Positions 31,009-44,407 are shown, numbered from the stretch's first letter. The stretch is 64,000 nucleotides of DNA from Gallionella sp. (GCA_036171175.1 JAVHQO010000213.1:1431-65430); one strand, 5' to 3'. Made by a program: numbers and translations. Notes: generated by a model not told the origin, from the letters alone.

Positions 31009-31658
31009 ATAAAGCTAAAGGTATCGGTATGACTTCGGAGCGCACTAAGCTGCGTATGGTGGAACGCTTGCGTGCGCAAGGCATACAAGACGACGCGGTG
31101 TTGGCGGCGATGTTTGCTGTGCCGCGTCATTTGTTTGTCGATGAGGCATTAGCCAGTCGCGCCTATGACGATGTGTCGTTGCCGATTAACTTTAATCAAA
31201 CCATTTCGCAGCCTTATATCGTGGCGCGCATGATAGAAATTTTGCGCAACGGACAGCCACTGAAAAAGGTGTTGGAAATCGGCACAGGCTGCGGCTATCA
31301 AGCGGCGGTCTTGGCAAATGTGGCGGATAGCGTGTACAGCATGGAACGTATTAAGCCGCTGCATTTGCGTGCTAAAAAACAGTTGAGTGAATTGCAAATC
31401 AATAACGTGACATTGCGTTATGCCGATGGCTGTACAGGCTTGCCCGAAGTCGCTCCGTTTGATGGCATCATCATGGCCGCCGCCGCGCCCACGTTGTTGC
31501 CCGCACTGCGTGCGCAATTAGCCATCGGTGGGCGCATGGTGTTGCCTGTGGGGATGAATGAACAGCATTTGTATTTAATCGAACGCGATGCCAAGGGCTA
31601 TCGCGAAACCAAATTAGAAGCGGTGAAATTTGTGCCGTTATTGATGGGAAAAGCATGA
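31005..31658 (+). CDS. pcm: Protein-L-isoaspartate O-methyltransferase
   Basis: [21 protein letters not shown]. Confidence 0.96.
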   Translation: MNKAKGIGMTSERTKLRMVERLRAQGIQDDAVLAAMFAVPRHLFVDEALASRAYDDVSLPINFNQTISQPYIVARMIEILRNGQPLKKVLEIGTGCGYQAAVLANVADSVYSMERIKPLHLRAKKQLSELQINNVTLRYADGCTGLPEVAPFDGIIMAAAAPTLLPALRAQLAIGGRMVLPVGMNEQHLYLIERDAKGYRETKLEAVKFVPLLMGKA

Positions 31659-32578
31659 GCTACCAACACTTTTTAAGCTGCGTTCTCGCGGCTGTTTTTT
31701 TAGCGGCGTGTAGCACTGAACCCATGCGCGACGGCAGTGCTAAAGTAAAAGTAACAAGCACTGAAGATACGCGTATGCAAGCAGCAGGTGAAAAAGATTG
31801 GCGACCTGCTACACATCAGGTTTTGAAAGGCGATACTTTGTACAGCATCGCGTTTTATTACGGCTTGGACTACCACGAATTAGCGGAGTTAAATGGACTG
31901 AGAAACCCCAGCCTGATTAACATTGGACAAGTATTGCAACTGTTCGCGATGAGCAATAAAGCCAGCACAACGGGTACGCTTGCCAGTGATAGTGCACCTG
32001 TCTCGGTGACGATTAAAGAGCAGCCTAAGTTAGTCAAATACGTTTACAACGATGCCGCCGTGGGTCAAATCGACAGCGTGCAAAACGGTGCAGCGATCAG
32101 CCTTGCCAGTAGCGTCACCAATGTCCCTAGTGGCGTAAAAGTACCGGTCGCACCGATTGCAAAAGTTGAACCGCGCGTCGATGCCCCTGTGCTGAATACG
32201 GATGAAGACGCGCTGCAATGGACACTGCCTACCAACGGCAAAATCATCGCGCAATTTTCTGAAGCGGCGAATCGTAAAGGCATCGACATCGCGGGCAAGT
32301 TGGGGCAACCCATCTTTGCCAGCGCGCCAGGTAAAGTGGTGTATAGCGGCAGCGGTTTACGCGGTTATGGAAAACTCATCATCATCAAGCACAACAAGAC
32401 TTATTTGAGTGCCTATGCGCACAACGACAAAATTTTGGTGAAAGAAGGGCAGAGCATCAAACGCGGTGAAAAAATTGCCGAAATGGGCAACACCGATGCC
32501 GAGCAAATCAAGCTGCATTTTGAAGTGCGCCGCTTGGGCAAACCTGTCGATCCAGCCAAGTATTTACCAAAATCTTGA
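31655..32578 (+). CDS. nlpD: LysM/M23 lipoprotein NlpD
   Basis: Lipobox LAAC, GDTLYSIA LysM, KGIDI, LHFEVR. Confidence 0.93.
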   Translation: MSYQHFLSCVLAAVFLAACSTEPMRDGSAKVKVTSTEDTRMQAAGEKDWRPATHQVLKGDTLYSIAFYYGLDYHELAELNGLRNPSLINIGQVLQLFAMSNKASTTGTLASDSAPVSVTIKEQPKLVKYVYNDAAVGQIDSVQNGAAISLASSVTNVPSGVKVPVAPIAKVEPRVDAPVLNTDEDALQWTLPTNGKIIAQFSEAANRKGIDIAGKLGQPIFASAPGKVVYSGSGLRGYGKLIIIKHNKTYLSAYAHNDKILVKEGQSIKRGEKIAEMGNTDAEQIKLHFEVRRLGKPVDPAKYLPKS

Positions 32579-33447
32579 GCGACTTAAAATCACTTAAAAC
32601 AATCCCTTTAAGCGTGGTCGATCACGACCGCGACAGTGCCAATCTGACCTACGTTTACCCCGTTATTTCACGCCGCGCGGGTGGCGTGTCTATCGGCATC
32701 AATCTCAATCCCAACAACGCCTGCAACTGGCGATGTGTGTATTGCCAAGTGCCTGACCTTACGCGCGGCACAGCTCCCCCTGTCGAGCTAAATTTATTAG
32801 CACAAGAACTGCACGGTTTTTTGCACGAAATACTGCACGGTGATTTTATGCAAAACCGCGTGCCAGAAGGGATGCGGCGTATCAACGACATCGCTTTGTC
32901 AGGCAACGGTGAACCTACTAGCAGCGCGGAATTTGCTCCAGTTATCGAGCTGATTACTAAGCTACGCGCCAGTGTTAATTTGCCTGCTGAAGTTAAAACC
33001 GTGCTGATTAGCAACGGCAGTTTGATGCACCGAGAAGTCGTGCAAAACGGCTTGCGTGGCATGGCAAAAATCAACGGGGAAGTGTGGTTCAAACTCGATA
33101 GAGCCAGTGCCGCAGGCATGGCGCGCGTCAATGACACGCACAGCACGATGGACAAAGTTCGCGCTCATCTCATCATCGCAATTTCGCTGTGTCCCACATG
33201 GCTACAGACCTGCTGGTTTGCCGTCGATGGCGTGTCGCCTAGCACACAAGATGAAGACGATTATTTAGCGTTTGTAGCAGGGCTGTTGCGCGATGGACAT
33301 CACCCGCAAGGCGTGCTGTTATATGGGCTTGCGCGTCCCTCAATGCAAGCGGAAGCCTCGCGTCTTAGCGCACTCCCTAAAGAAAAGCTAGACGAGTTTG
33401 CCGAAAAAATTCGCGCTTTAGGCTTGACGGTGAAAGTGTCTGATTAG
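32575..33447 (+). CDS. Radical SAM protein of unknown function
   Basis: SRRAGGVSIGINL, CNWRCVYC, SGNGEPT. Confidence 0.88.
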   Translation: MSDLKSLKTIPLSVVDHDRDSANLTYVYPVISRRAGGVSIGINLNPNNACNWRCVYCQVPDLTRGTAPPVELNLLAQELHGFLHEILHGDFMQNRVPEGMRRINDIALSGNGEPTSSAEFAPVIELITKLRASVNLPAEVKTVLISNGSLMHREVVQNGLRGMAKINGEVWFKLDRASAAGMARVNDTHSTMDKVRAHLIIAISLCPTWLQTCWFAVDGVSPSTQDEDDYLAFVAGLLRDGHHPQGVLLYGLARPSMQAEASRLSALPKEKLDEFAEKIRALGLTVKVSD

Positions 33448-33487
33448 TGTGCTGACAGATGCTGCGGCTCGGACAGCCGTGCGCTTG

Positions 33488-34159
33488 TTAGGTCAAAAAA
33501 TTCAGTAGCTCTAAAGGCGTGCTTACGCTGCCCTGTGCTAGCCAATTTGCTACCGAACAGTCCTCTCCGACATAGCCGTAACCAGCGATGATGCCGCGCA
33601 TAGACACGGCATTGGCGGCTTGCATATCGCGTTGGTCATCGCCTAAATACAAGCAGTTTGCCGCTGCGATATTTATTGTTGCGCAGGCTTTGTGCATCGG
33701 TTCTGGATGCGGTTTGGCATTCGTACAGGTATCGCCGCTAATCAAACATCCCGCGCGCGTCGCATAGCCCAAGGCTTGCATCAGTGGCACAGTAAAACGC
33801 TGCGGTTTATTGGTGACAATGCCCCAAATAATGTCACGCGCCTCTAGTTGATTGATGAGCTCCGCGATGCCGTCGAATAGCGTGGTATGCACACAAATGT
33901 TGTCAGAGTAGTGCTGTAGAAAAATTTCGCGCAAGGCTGCAAAATCAGGCGATTCAGGCGTGATAGCCATGCCCACTTGAAGCAAGCCAACTGAACCATG
34001 CGATGCTTGCGGCCTCAGTACTTCTAAAGGTAGCGGAGCAAGGTCGCGCGTGGCGCGCACATTGTTGAGCGCGGCGGCAAGGTCTGGCGCGGTGTCGGCA
34101 AATGTGCCGTCTAAATCGAATAAAACGGCGCGGACTTTAGGCTTCACTGCGGCACGCAA
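33488..34159 (-). CDS. gph: HAD hydrolase (phosphoglycolate/MurNAc-6P phosphatase family)
   Basis: FDLDGT, TNKP, KPHP, GDDQRD; ubiG-gph synteny; start uncertain. Confidence 0.8.
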   Translation of the reverse strand: MRAAVKPKVRAVLFDLDGTFADTAPDLAAALNNVRATRDLAPLPLEVLRPQASHGSVGLLQVGMAITPESPDFAALREIFLQHYSDNICVHTTLFDGIAELINQLEARDIIWGIVTNKPQRFTVPLMQALGYATRAGCLISGDTCTNAKPHPEPMHKACATINIAAANCLYLGDDQRDMQAANAVSMRGIIAGYGYVGEDCSVANWLAQGSVSTPLELLNFLT

Positions 34160-34835
34160 TCATGTAATTCACGCTGGTGTCGCGCCCGAATGAATAGACT
34201 TTACTAAACGGGTTGTAGCTCATGCCGACGATGTCGTTTACGTTCAAATTAGCAGCGCGGCAGGCTTGCGCAAGCTCGGACGGTTTGAGAAATTTGGCGT
34301 AGTCGTGTGTGCCGCGTGGCAACATATTGAGCACATATTCCGCGCCGATGATGGCGAATAAATAGGATTTCGGATTGCGATTCAAGGTTGAAAAAAACAC
34401 CTGACCGCCGGGTTTGACTAAAGCCGCACAAGCCTTGATAACACTGGCGGGATTGGGTACATGCTCAAGCATTTCTAAGCATGTCACTACATCAAAAGAA
34501 GCGGGTTGCTCGGCGGCTAATTGCTCCACTGCGACTTTGCGATAATCAACTTTTTGATCGCTTTCGAGCAGATGCAGTTTGGCGACTTGCAAGGCTTTAT
34601 CGGATAGGTCGATGCCCGTTACGACTGCGCCTAGCCCCGCCATGCTTTCCGACAAAATGCCGCCGCCACAGCCCACATCCAACACGCTTTTGCCTGCAAG
34701 CTGCGCGCATTGGTTGATGTAATTCAGTCGTAGCGGATTGATCTCGTGTAGTGGTTTGAATTCGCTGTGCGGGTCCCACCATTTATGGGCGAGTTGCGAA
34801 AATTTTTCGATTTCGAGGGGGTCGGCGTTAGACAT
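34137..34835 (-). CDS. ubiG: Ubiquinone biosynthesis O-methyltransferase
   Basis: [30 protein letters not shown]. Confidence 0.97.
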   Translation of the reverse strand: MSNADPLEIEKFSQLAHKWWDPHSEFKPLHEINPLRLNYINQCAQLAGKSVLDVGCGGGILSESMAGLGAVVTGIDLSDKALQVAKLHLLESDQKVDYRKVAVEQLAAEQPASFDVVTCLEMLEHVPNPASVIKACAALVKPGGQVFFSTLNRNPKSYLFAIIGAEYVLNMLPRGTHDYAKFLKPSELAQACRAANLNVNDIVGMSYNPFSKVYSFGRDTSVNYMIACRSEA

Positions 34836-34884
34836 GGCGTGGGCTCAAATAAACAAGGCGCGGACTTTAACAAAACCAGTGGTT

Positions 34885-36129
34885 TTATGCAGCGGATTTT
34901 TGCGCTAACAACGCCGCGCCATAGGCGGCTTCGCTATGTGTGGCGACACTCACGGCGAGCTCACAATGACGCGCGCGGATGGCTTGCCAAGTGAGGTTTT
35001 TTGCCCCGCCGCCACAGCTTACGATGCGCGAAATTTTGCCCGCACCGAGCTGATTTAATTTGGCATAACCGTCTGCTTCGATGCGCGCCAAGCCTTGCAA
35101 TATGCCATGCAAAAATTCCGCATCGTCAGCAGGGCGTGGCGATAAACGTGGCGCAAGATTTACATCGTTAGTGGGAAAGCGTTCGCCGCTTTTCGGCAGC
35201 GGGTAATAGTCCAGCGGACTGGTTTTTTGCGCATCAATTTGCGCGCTCAAGGTTGCTAATTGCGTATCCGAAAAATAATTCTTTAATACCCCCGCGCCCG
35301 CATTTGACGCGCCGCCAACTAACCAAAGATTTCCATAGCGATGGCTGTAAATGCCGTATTCACTGGCTTCTATGCGCACTCGTGATAATTGCTTCAACAC
35401 CAAAGTCGTGCCCAGCGAGGTTACCCCCACGTCCGTATCCGCCACTTCGCTCGCCATAAATGCCGCGATGCTGTCGGTTGTTCCTGCATAGATTTTGCAA
35501 GCGGGTGCGATACCAAAACGCGCTGCGACATCGGGCGCAATGCGGGCAATCAGCGCGCCTGGTGCGACCACTTTGGGCAGCCGATGCGCATTGGGCAAAG
35601 CCCGTAGCCAAGCGGGCCAACACAAATTTGCTACGTCATAACCTGTCTTCAAAGCATTGTGATAATCGCTTACACCCGCTACGCCCGTGAGCTGCGCGGT
35701 TAGCCAATCGGCTTGATGCAAAAAGTGTTGCGCGTCGGGATAGCGTTGCGTCAGCCAGAGAAATTTTGCCAAGCCAGAGCTGGCAGCGCACACGATATGA
35801 TTTTTTGGCGCGAGGATTTTAAGTTGGGCTGCTTCAAGCTCCGCGCGAGTGTCGTGATAGAGCAGCGCAGGTGAGACGGGCGTCAAATTTTCATCGCACA
35901 ACAACACCGTGCCCGACGTGCCATCCAGCGCGATGCCGTGCAGATTTTTCGCCAGTGCTGGCGGCAAAGCGGCAAGTAAAGATTGCAACGCCTCGCGCCA
36001 ATCTTGTGGCGTTTGCGAGGCGGGATTGGCAAAGCTAACACGCTGCTCCCAACACACCGATTTGTTTGCGGAAATGGCACAAGCCCGCACGCCCGACGTG
36101 CCGAAGTCGATGCCTAGGAACACGGACAC
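34885..36129 (-). CDS. FGGY-family carbohydrate kinase
   Basis: GIDFGTSG, DGTSGT, GTTDS, SLGTT, GERFP, GGGAKN. Confidence 0.88.
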   Translation of the reverse strand: MSVFLGIDFGTSGVRACAISANKSVCWEQRVSFANPASQTPQDWREALQSLLAALPPALAKNLHGIALDGTSGTVLLCDENLTPVSPALLYHDTRAELEAAQLKILAPKNHIVCAASSGLAKFLWLTQRYPDAQHFLHQADWLTAQLTGVAGVSDYHNALKTGYDVANLCWPAWLRALPNAHRLPKVVAPGALIARIAPDVAARFGIAPACKIYAGTTDSIAAFMASEVADTDVGVTSLGTTLVLKQLSRVRIEASEYGIYSHRYGNLWLVGGASNAGAGVLKNYFSDTQLATLSAQIDAQKTSPLDYYPLPKSGERFPTNDVNLAPRLSPRPADDAEFLHGILQGLARIEADGYAKLNQLGAGKISRIVSCGGGAKNLTWQAIRARHCELAVSVATHSEAAYGAALLAQKSAA

Positions 36130-36146
36130 AGTGTCGATGCGCGCGT

Positions 36147-36566
36147 TTAACCGCGCGTATTGGATTGCGTGCCGAATTGGCTGAGTTCTACGAACGGTGC
36201 GGGTTGCCAGCCTGCTTGGCGGTGTTCGGCGATGACGTTGGTGAAGATGCCGCCGCGTACATAAAATTTGGCGGTGAGGCGCATAAATTTTGGCGCGGTG
36301 GCGGCGACTAAATCATCCAAAATTAAATTAGTCATGTCTTCGTGGAAATGGCCTTCTTCGCGGAAACTCCACATGTATTGCTTCAGACTTTTTAGTTCGA
36401 CGCATTTTTCATCCGCGATGTAATCGAGTATCAATGTGGCGAAATCAGGCTGTCCTGTTTTGGGACACAGGCAAGTGAATTCGGGGATTTCCATGTGGAT
36501 GTGGTAATCGCGTTTGGTGTTGGGGTTAGGGAAAGTTTCCAGATTTTTATTGGGTTGAGTGCTCAT
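36147..36566 (-). CDS. queF: PreQ0 reductase, unimodular type
   Basis: [27 protein letters not shown]. Confidence 0.96.
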   Translation of the reverse strand: MSTQPNKNLETFPNPNTKRDYHIHMEIPEFTCLCPKTGQPDFATLILDYIADEKCVELKSLKQYMWSFREEGHFHEDMTNLILDDLVAATAPKFMRLTAKFYVRGGIFTNVIAEHRQAGWQPAPFVELSQFGTQSNTRG

Positions 36567-36624
36567 TTGGTGTGTGCTCGCGCTTAGGTTAAAATGACGC
36601 GCATTATATCTACACCTCCTCCTT

Positions 36625-39600
36625 TTGCGTCTCTCTCAAATCAAACTCGCAGGCTTCAAATCCTTTGTTGACCCCACTGCTTTTTCCTTACCCGGACAGA
36701 TCGTCGGCGTGGTCGGGCCGAACGGTTGCGGCAAGTCGAATGTCATCGACGCGTTGCGCTGGGTGTTGGGCGAATCTAAGGCTTCGGCGTTACGCGGCGC
36801 GACCATGCAGGACGTGATTTTTAACGGTTCGAGCAAACGTAAACCCGTGTCGCGCGCCAGTGTGGAATTGGTGTTTGATAATGCGCTGGGCAAGGCGGTG
36901 GGGCAGTGGTCTAGCTATGCCGAAATCGCGATTAAGCGTGTGTTAACGCGTGATGGCGACTCAAAATACTTCATCAACAATCAGCAAGTGCGACGCAAAG
37001 ATGTGACCGATATTTTTCTCGGCACAGGCTTGGGTTCGCGCGCTTACGCCATCATCGAGCAGGGCATGATTTCGCGCATCATCGAAGCCAAGCCAGAAGA
37101 GCTGCGCATCTTTTTGGAAGAAGCGGCGGGGGTTTCAAAATATCGTGATAGACGGCGTGAAACCGAATTACGCATCGCCGACACGCGGGACAACTTGTTG
37201 CGTGTTAGCGATATTTTGCAAGAGTTGGATAAGCAGTTAGTTCATCTCGGTGCACAAGCCGAAGTGGCGAAAAACTATCGCGCACTAGAAGCACAACGCA
37301 GCACCTCGCAACAATTATTTTGGCTATTAAAAAAGCAAGATGCCCAATCACAGCGCGCCAAATTTTTGCAAGCCACTGAAAAAACGCGCCTTGAGTTAGA
37401 GGCGCAAACCGCGCAGTTGCGCGAGCTGGAAAGCCAATTAGAAACTGCGCGTAGCAGCCATTATCAATTCTCCGATGCTTTGCATATTAAGCAGGGCGAG
37501 TTTTATTCAGCTAACGCCGACATCGCGCGTTTGGAACAACAAATCGCTCATGCTGAAACCCAACGCCAACGCCTCGCACTACAAATTGCGCAAGCCAAAA
37601 AACACATTGAGCAACAAGCGAGTCAACGCGGCAGCACGCAATCGTTGCTCGAACATTGGCAACGTCAGCAAGAAGGTGCGGTGCATAAATTAGCCGAAGC
37701 CGAACAAACCGCCGAGCTGGAAGCGGCGCGTTTGCCTGATGCCGAAAACGCGGCGAGTGAGGCGCAGCAAGCCTATCAAGCGGTGCAGCGCGAGCAATTA
37801 CAGTTGCAACAATCTTTGCAATTAGCCGATACGCAACGCGCTAATTTGCAACGCAATGTGACGCAAATTGAGTCGCGTCGCACCCGCTTGTTATTGGAAA
37901 AAGATAATTTGCCGCGTGCCGAAGGCGGGGTGTTGCAGCAAGCTCACGAGCAAGCTGCGGAGCTTGCTATGCAGCACGAAATCGCACAAGAACAGCTAAG
38001 CAATTTACAAGCGCACCAGCCGCAAGCCGAGACCGAATTGCGTGATGCGCGCCTTGCTGTACAAAACGCTGAGCGCGCCGCCGCCCAGACCGAGGCACGT
38101 TTGCACGCCTTGCAGCAATTACAAAATCAACTCGATACCGATAAAAATTTAACAGCTTGGTTGGCAGCTCAGCAGTTGCAACATGCGCCACGTTTGTGGC
38201 AATCATTGCAGATTGCCAATGGCTGGGAAAACGCTTTGGAAGCGGTGTTGCGCGAACGCATCAATGCCATTGCACTGGATAAAAATGCTGCCCTGCCGCT
38301 AGCTGCACCTGCTACCAAACTGGCTTTCTTATTCAAATCTGATGTCGTGTCTGCCTTGCCCAATCAGGCGTTGCCGCGTTTACTGGATTTCGTGCAATGT
38401 CAGGACGCGCAGTTGTTGCCTGCGTTGCAAGATTGGCTCAATGGCGTGTTTGTCGCGGAAGATTTGGCTGGTGCAGAGAATCTGCGTGCAACCTTGCCAG
38501 CCGGCGCATCGCTGGTGACCCGTGCTGGGCATGTGGTGACACAACACAGCGTGTCGTTCCATGCGCCTGATAGCCAGTTGCATGGCGTGTTGGCGCGGCA
38601 GCGCGAGATTGAGCAACTGAATGAGGAGTTGATTAGCCAGCAGGGCGCGCTCGCTATTTTGCGTGATGTCTTGCAAACCGCTGAACATGTTTTGCAAGAC
38701 ATCGTGCACAACATTGTGCCGCTGCGTAGTGATGCAAGTGCCATGCAGCAACGCGCGCATGAGTTGCAATTACATATTTTGAAACTCACTCAAGCGGCTG
38801 AACGCAGCGCAGAGCGTATGTTGCAAATCGACGATGAGTTAGCCGAGTTGGCAGAGCTGCTGATGAACGAGCAGATGCAAACACAACAGCTTGATGAACA
38901 AATGGCGGCGTTGCGTGAGCAGAACGCGAGTTTTTTTGCGCAGATAGACAATGCGCAACGCCATGCCAATACGCAAGATATGAGTTTGCGCGAGCAGCGC
39001 GGACGCAGCCAGCAAGCGCAGCACAGTCTGCAAGAAGCGCGTTATTTCGCACAAACTTGCAAAGACAAATTGGCCGATTTGCAAAAAGGCATGGCGCAAG
39101 CGGCTACCACTTTGGCGCAACTGGAATTTAATTTAATCGGCTTGGATGAAGAACTCACCAGTACTAGCGACACCGATGTACAAGCGCAATTACAAACCGC
39201 TTTGCAATCTCGAAAAGCCAGCGAAACCGCGCTAGCAGAGGCGCGCAACGCCTTAGAACACGCCAGCGTAAGTTTGCAAAAGCTAGAGCAAGCGCGCATG
39301 AGCAATGAACATGGCTTGCAACCGCTGCGCGATAAATTGGTCGAGCTGACGCTTAAAGAACAAGAAGCGCGCCTCAATTTTGAGCAATGGGCGACGCAGT
39401 TAGAAGGCGTGGATGAAGCGACTTTGTTAGCGTTGCTAGCAAATGGCAATTACAAAGTGGCCAGTTTGCAAAACGAATTGACGCGTTTGCAAGCCGACAT
39501 CGAAGCCTTGGGCGCGGTGAATTTAGCTGCGCTGGATGAGCTACAAGCCTCGACTGAACGCAAAAATTATTTGGATGCACAAGCCCTCGATTTGAATGAG

Positions 39601-40134
39601 GCTATGGCAACTTTGGAGGACGCTATACGCCGTATCGACAAGGAATCGCGCGACTTGCTGATGGATACTTACAACAAAGTGAATGAACATTTAGCGGTGA
39701 TGTTTCCGATTTTATTTGGCGGTGGCGAAGCGCGCTTAGTGCTGACAGGCGAAGAGATTTTGGACAGTGGTGTGCAAGTGATGGCGCAGCCGCCAGGCAA
39801 AAAAAATAGCTCGATACATTTAATGTCGGGCGGCGAAAAAGCTCTCACCGCTATCTCGCTGGTGTTCTCGTTATTCCAACTTAATCCCGCGCCATTTTGT
39901 TTGCTCGATGAGGTTGATGCGCCGCTGGACGACAGCAACACCGAACGCTTATGCAACCTGGTGAAAAAGATGTCCGAACAAACTCAGTTTGTGTTTATTA
40001 GCCACAACAAAATTGCCATGGAAATGGCAGATCAGCTTATCGGCGTAACTATGCAGGAGAAGGGCGTATCGAAAGTCGTCACGGTGGATATTACTGAGGC
40101 CTTGTTGATGCGTGATGAGCAAATCGTGGCGTAA
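36625..40134 (+). CDS. smc: Chromosome segregation protein SMC
   Basis: [14 protein letters not shown], long coiled coils, [15 protein letters not shown]. Confidence 0.97.
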   Translation: MRLSQIKLAGFKSFVDPTAFSLPGQIVGVVGPNGCGKSNVIDALRWVLGESKASALRGATMQDVIFNGSSKRKPVSRASVELVFDNALGKAVGQWSSYAEIAIKRVLTRDGDSKYFINNQQVRRKDVTDIFLGTGLGSRAYAIIEQGMISRIIEAKPEELRIFLEEAAGVSKYRDRRRETELRIADTRDNLLRVSDILQELDKQLVHLGAQAEVAKNYRALEAQRSTSQQLFWLLKKQDAQSQRAKFLQATEKTRLELEAQTAQLRELESQLETARSSHYQFSDALHIKQGEFYSANADIARLEQQIAHAETQRQRLALQIAQAKKHIEQQASQRGSTQSLLEHWQRQQEGAVHKLAEAEQTAELEAARLPDAENAASEAQQAYQAVQREQLQLQQSLQLADTQRANLQRNVTQIESRRTRLLLEKDNLPRAEGGVLQQAHEQAAELAMQHEIAQEQLSNLQAHQPQAETELRDARLAVQNAERAAAQTEARLHALQQLQNQLDTDKNLTAWLAAQQLQHAPRLWQSLQIANGWENALEAVLRERINAIALDKNAALPLAAPATKLAFLFKSDVVSALPNQALPRLLDFVQCQDAQLLPALQDWLNGVFVAEDLAGAENLRATLPAGASLVTRAGHVVTQHSVSFHAPDSQLHGVLARQREIEQLNEELISQQGALAILRDVLQTAEHVLQDIVHNIVPLRSDASAMQQRAHELQLHILKLTQAAERSAERMLQIDDELAELAELLMNEQMQTQQLDEQMAALREQNASFFAQIDNAQRHANTQDMSLREQRGRSQQAQHSLQEARYFAQTCKDKLADLQKGMAQAATTLAQLEFNLIGLDEELTSTSDTDVQAQLQTALQSRKASETALAEARNALEHASVSLQKLEQARMSNEHGLQPLRDKLVELTLKEQEARLNFEQWATQLEGVDEATLLALLANGNYKVASLQNELTRLQADIEALGAVNLAALDELQASTERKNYLDAQALDLNEAMATLEDAIRRIDKESRDLLMDTYNKVNEHLAVMFPILFGGGEARLVLTGEEILDSGVQVMAQPPGKKNSSIHLMSGGEKALTAISLVFSLFQLNPAPFCLLDEVDAPLDDSNTERLCNLVKKMSEQTQFVFISHNKIAMEMADQLIGVTMQEKGVSKVVTVDITEALLMRDEQIVA

Positions 40135-40161
40135 TGCTGGCATAGTAATTGAGCGTTATGA

Positions 40162-40199
40162 AATAAAAAACCGCAGCACTGTGGCTGCGGTTTTTTATT
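40162..40199. terminator. Bidirectional terminator
   Basis: AATAAAAAACCGCAGC-ACTGTG-GCTGCGGTTTTTTATT between convergent genes. Confidence 0.9.
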
Positions 40200-40211
40200 G
40201 GCTGGGGCAAT

Positions 40212-40661
40212 TTAGTTGCAGTATTTTTTTACATCATTTTGATACTGCGTCGTTTTTACAGCACGCTCTTCATCTTCCATGTAAGCATGCTCCCCCGTTT
40301 TAGGATCTACGGTGGCGACTCGCATACCGTCTTTGAGATTTGCCAAGTTTTGTCGTGAGGCGGCACAGTTTGCTATTTTTACCTCTTTTTGTTTTGCCTC
40401 TAAAGCGAGTTTATCGGCGGCTTCTTGCTTAGCTTGGGCTTGCTCTTTTTTGTCGAGAGGTAGAGGTTTCGGCGCGCTTTCAGTTACGTCAGAAGGTGCA
40501 ACTACAGGTGCCGTTTCTGTGGTTTCTTTTAATACTTTTGCGCGTACTGAGGTTGGTGGTAATTGATCAGTGTAATGGGTTTGACCTTTGTCATCGACCC
40601 ATTTGGTGGCAGCAAAACTGTTGCTGGTAACAAGTAATAAAACGATTAGTAATTTATTCAT
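40212..40661 (-). CDS. DUF4124-like exported protein
   Basis: Signal peptide, KWVDDKGQTHYTDQ.P motif, C-terminal Cys pair. Confidence 0.8.
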   Translation of the reverse strand: MNKLLIVLLLVTSNSFAATKWVDDKGQTHYTDQLPPTSVRAKVLKETTETAPVVAPSDVTESAPKPLPLDKKEQAQAKQEAADKLALEAKQKEVKIANCAASRQNLANLKDGMRVATVDPKTGEHAYMEDEERAVKTTQYQNDVKKYCN

Positions 40662-40784
40662 GCAGACACCTCGTGGAAATAAAAAATTTATTAAATACCC
40701 AGTTATAAAATGACACTTTGGCAGTCTAACAGGATATGATTCTGTCCCCAAATTTAGCACACATACGAACTCAGGGAGCACGCT

Positions 40785-41443
40785 ATGGCGAACGATAAAA
40801 AATCTGCACACGAAAAATTTCATGATATTGAAGCGAATAGCGCAGACGCGCTGAAAATTTTCAAAAGCTATTATGGCGACCATAATCATTCAGGCAAAAT
40901 CTATACTGATTTCCCTGATTTTTTTATCGTTAAACCGTCTAGTTTAGATGGTCAAACAATCGCCAGTCGTGATTCGGAAAAGTTGCTGTTGGATGACTGT
41001 ATTAAACGTGCCAAAGACCGTCACGGTTACATTGGCGTGTCTAAACATCGTAATCCTAAACTGGGTTATTACTGGTTAGAGCTATCGGTCTTGCCTTTTA
41101 TGTTGGGCGATGCGGTGGATAAGGACAACAAGGGCGAGTTCTTTTATGTGCTGACTAAATTTGTTGAGTTCACTAAAAAGAATCCCGCTGCGTATGGTGA
41201 TATGACGGCTGATATGGCAATCGATAAAGACCTTGCCTATATGTTCGATAGCATCAAGCAAATGGCAGATCGTATGGCAAGCAGCATTGAAAATTATCCT
41301 GAAAATATGTTGGTGTCATACAACTCAACTTGGCCCGCCGCAGAAGTAAAAAACCTACTCAACTCTTTGCAAAATAACTCACAAGATTGGTGTCAATTAT
41401 TTTTTGAGCATGTGATGTACGTCATGGCGAATAAACATAAAAA

Positions 41444-41447
<4 letters not shown>
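40785..41447 (+). CDS. Hypothetical protein (220 aa)
   Basis: Long AT-richer ORF with SD GGGAG; no recognised motif. Confidence 0.75.
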
Positions 41448-42963
<1,516 letters not shown>

Positions 42964-43048
42964 TTACCAGTAGTGCTACTGCTGTGTCGAGTGTTATTGA
43001 GATTATTTGTCGCTTCTAATGGCGCGGCTTAGTTGCTTGATTTCGCGA

Positions 43049-43165
43049 TTGATGATGCCCTCTGGTTGGGCTATAATGCTGGTCACTTTTCGGCGGGATG
43101 AACTTAGGTTCGTCCCGCTTCTTTATGTTCAAAAGGGCGCAGCTCACAATCAAAATCCCGCCGCA
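43049..43165 (+). promoter_or_regulatory. carA promoter and candidate attenuator leader
   Basis: TTGATG-17-TATAAT (43049-43077); hairpin GCGGGATGAAC-TTAG-GTTCGTCCCGC plus TTCTTT; alternative pairing 43091-43099 with 43155-43163. Confidence 0.65.
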
Positions 43166-43279
43166 ACTCGACGTTGCTTATCGGACCAGTCGGCAGTTTT
43201 AGCTGAATGGCTTGGAAGCGCAGTTTTAGCAGGTGAAGTTTTAATTTTGGGTTGTCGTCTAAAAATTAGGGAGTATTCA

Positions 43280-44407
43280 GTGTCGCCAATAAACCCTGCC
43301 ATTCTTGTATTAGCCGATGGGACTGTCTTTCGCGGTATCGCGATTGGTGCATCGGGTAGCAGCGTCGGTGAGGTGGTGTTTAACACCTCAATGACCGGCT
43401 ATCAAGAGATTCTCACCGACCCTTCGTATTGTAAACAAATCGTCACGCTGACTTATCCACACGTTGGCAATGTAGGCTGCAACCCTGAAGACGTGGAGTC
43501 GCGTCAGGTGTTTGCGAGTGGTTTGATTATTCGCGATTTGTCGATGACGGTGAGCAATTTTCGTAGTACGCAATCTTTACCTGAGTATTTGCAAGCTAAC
43601 AATGTGGTCGCGATTGCGGGCATTGATACGCGCAAATTGACGCGAATTTTGCGTAGCAAAGGTGCGCAAAATGGCTGCATCGCGACGGGCGAAAATGTTG
43701 AAGCGGCATTGGCGCAGGCCAAAGGTTTTGCTGGATTGGCGGGGATGGATTTGGCGCAAGTGGTGACGTGCGAGCAGCCTTATGAATCGTTGCAACGCGA
43801 ATGGAAATTGGGCGCGGGTTATCGTGACCTCGCGGCGGCAAAGTTTCATGTTGTTGCCTACGACTTTGGGGTGAAACGCAACATTTTGCGCATGTTGGCG
43901 CAGCGCGGTTGCCGCATTACCGTAGTGCCTGCTAAAACATCCGCAGCCGATGTTTTAGCGATGAATCCTGATGGCGTGTTTTTATCGAATGGTCCAGGCG
44001 ATCCTGAACCGTGCGATTACGCGATTACGGCAACGCAAACTTTTTTGGCGAAAAATATTCCTTTGTTTGGGATTTGCTTGGGGCATCAAATTTTGGGTCT
44101 GGCGGCGGGGGCAAAAACCGTGAAGATGAAGTTTGGTCATCGCGGCGCGAACCATCCAGTGCAAGACGTGCAGACCAAGCAAGTGATGATTACCAGTCAA
44201 AATCACGGCTTTGCAGTCGATGCAGCAACGCTGCCAGCGAACGCGCGCGTCACGCATATTTCTTTGTTCGATGGCACCCTGCAAGGTTTTGAGCTTACCG
44301 ACAAGCCTGCTTTCTGCTTCCAAGGTCATCCAGAAGCGAGCCCCGGTCCGCATGATGTGGATGCGCTATTCGATAAATTTGTAGCACTAATGGAGAAGAG
44401 GAAGTAA
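43280..44407 (+). CDS. carA: Carbamoyl-phosphate synthase small subunit
   Basis: [32 protein letters not shown]; GTG start after AGGGAG. Confidence 0.98.
   Translation: MSPINPAILVLADGTVFRGIAIGASGSSVGEVVFNTSMTGYQEILTDPSYCKQIVTLTYPHVGNVGCNPEDVESRQVFASGLIIRDLSMTVSNFRSTQSLPEYLQANNVVAIAGIDTRKLTRILRSKGAQNGCIATGENVEAALAQAKGFAGLAGMDLAQVVTCEQPYESLQREWKLGAGYRDLAAAKFHVVAYDFGVKRNILRMLAQRGCRITVVPAKTSAADVLAMNPDGVFLSNGPGDPEPCDYAITATQTFLAKNIPLFGICLGHQILGLAAGAKTVKMKFGHRGANHPVQDVQTKQVMITSQNHGFAVDAATLPANARVTHISLFDGTLQGFELTDKPAFCFQGHPEASPGPHDVDALFDKFVALMEKRK

Noticed and set aside
36567-36624. PreQ1 riboswitch upstream of queF
   Set aside because: No recognisable preQ1 stem-loop or A-rich tail
43007-43279. N-terminal extension of CarA in the ORF track
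   Set aside because: Overlaps promoter and leader; SD-supported GTG at 43280 gives the canonical N-terminus
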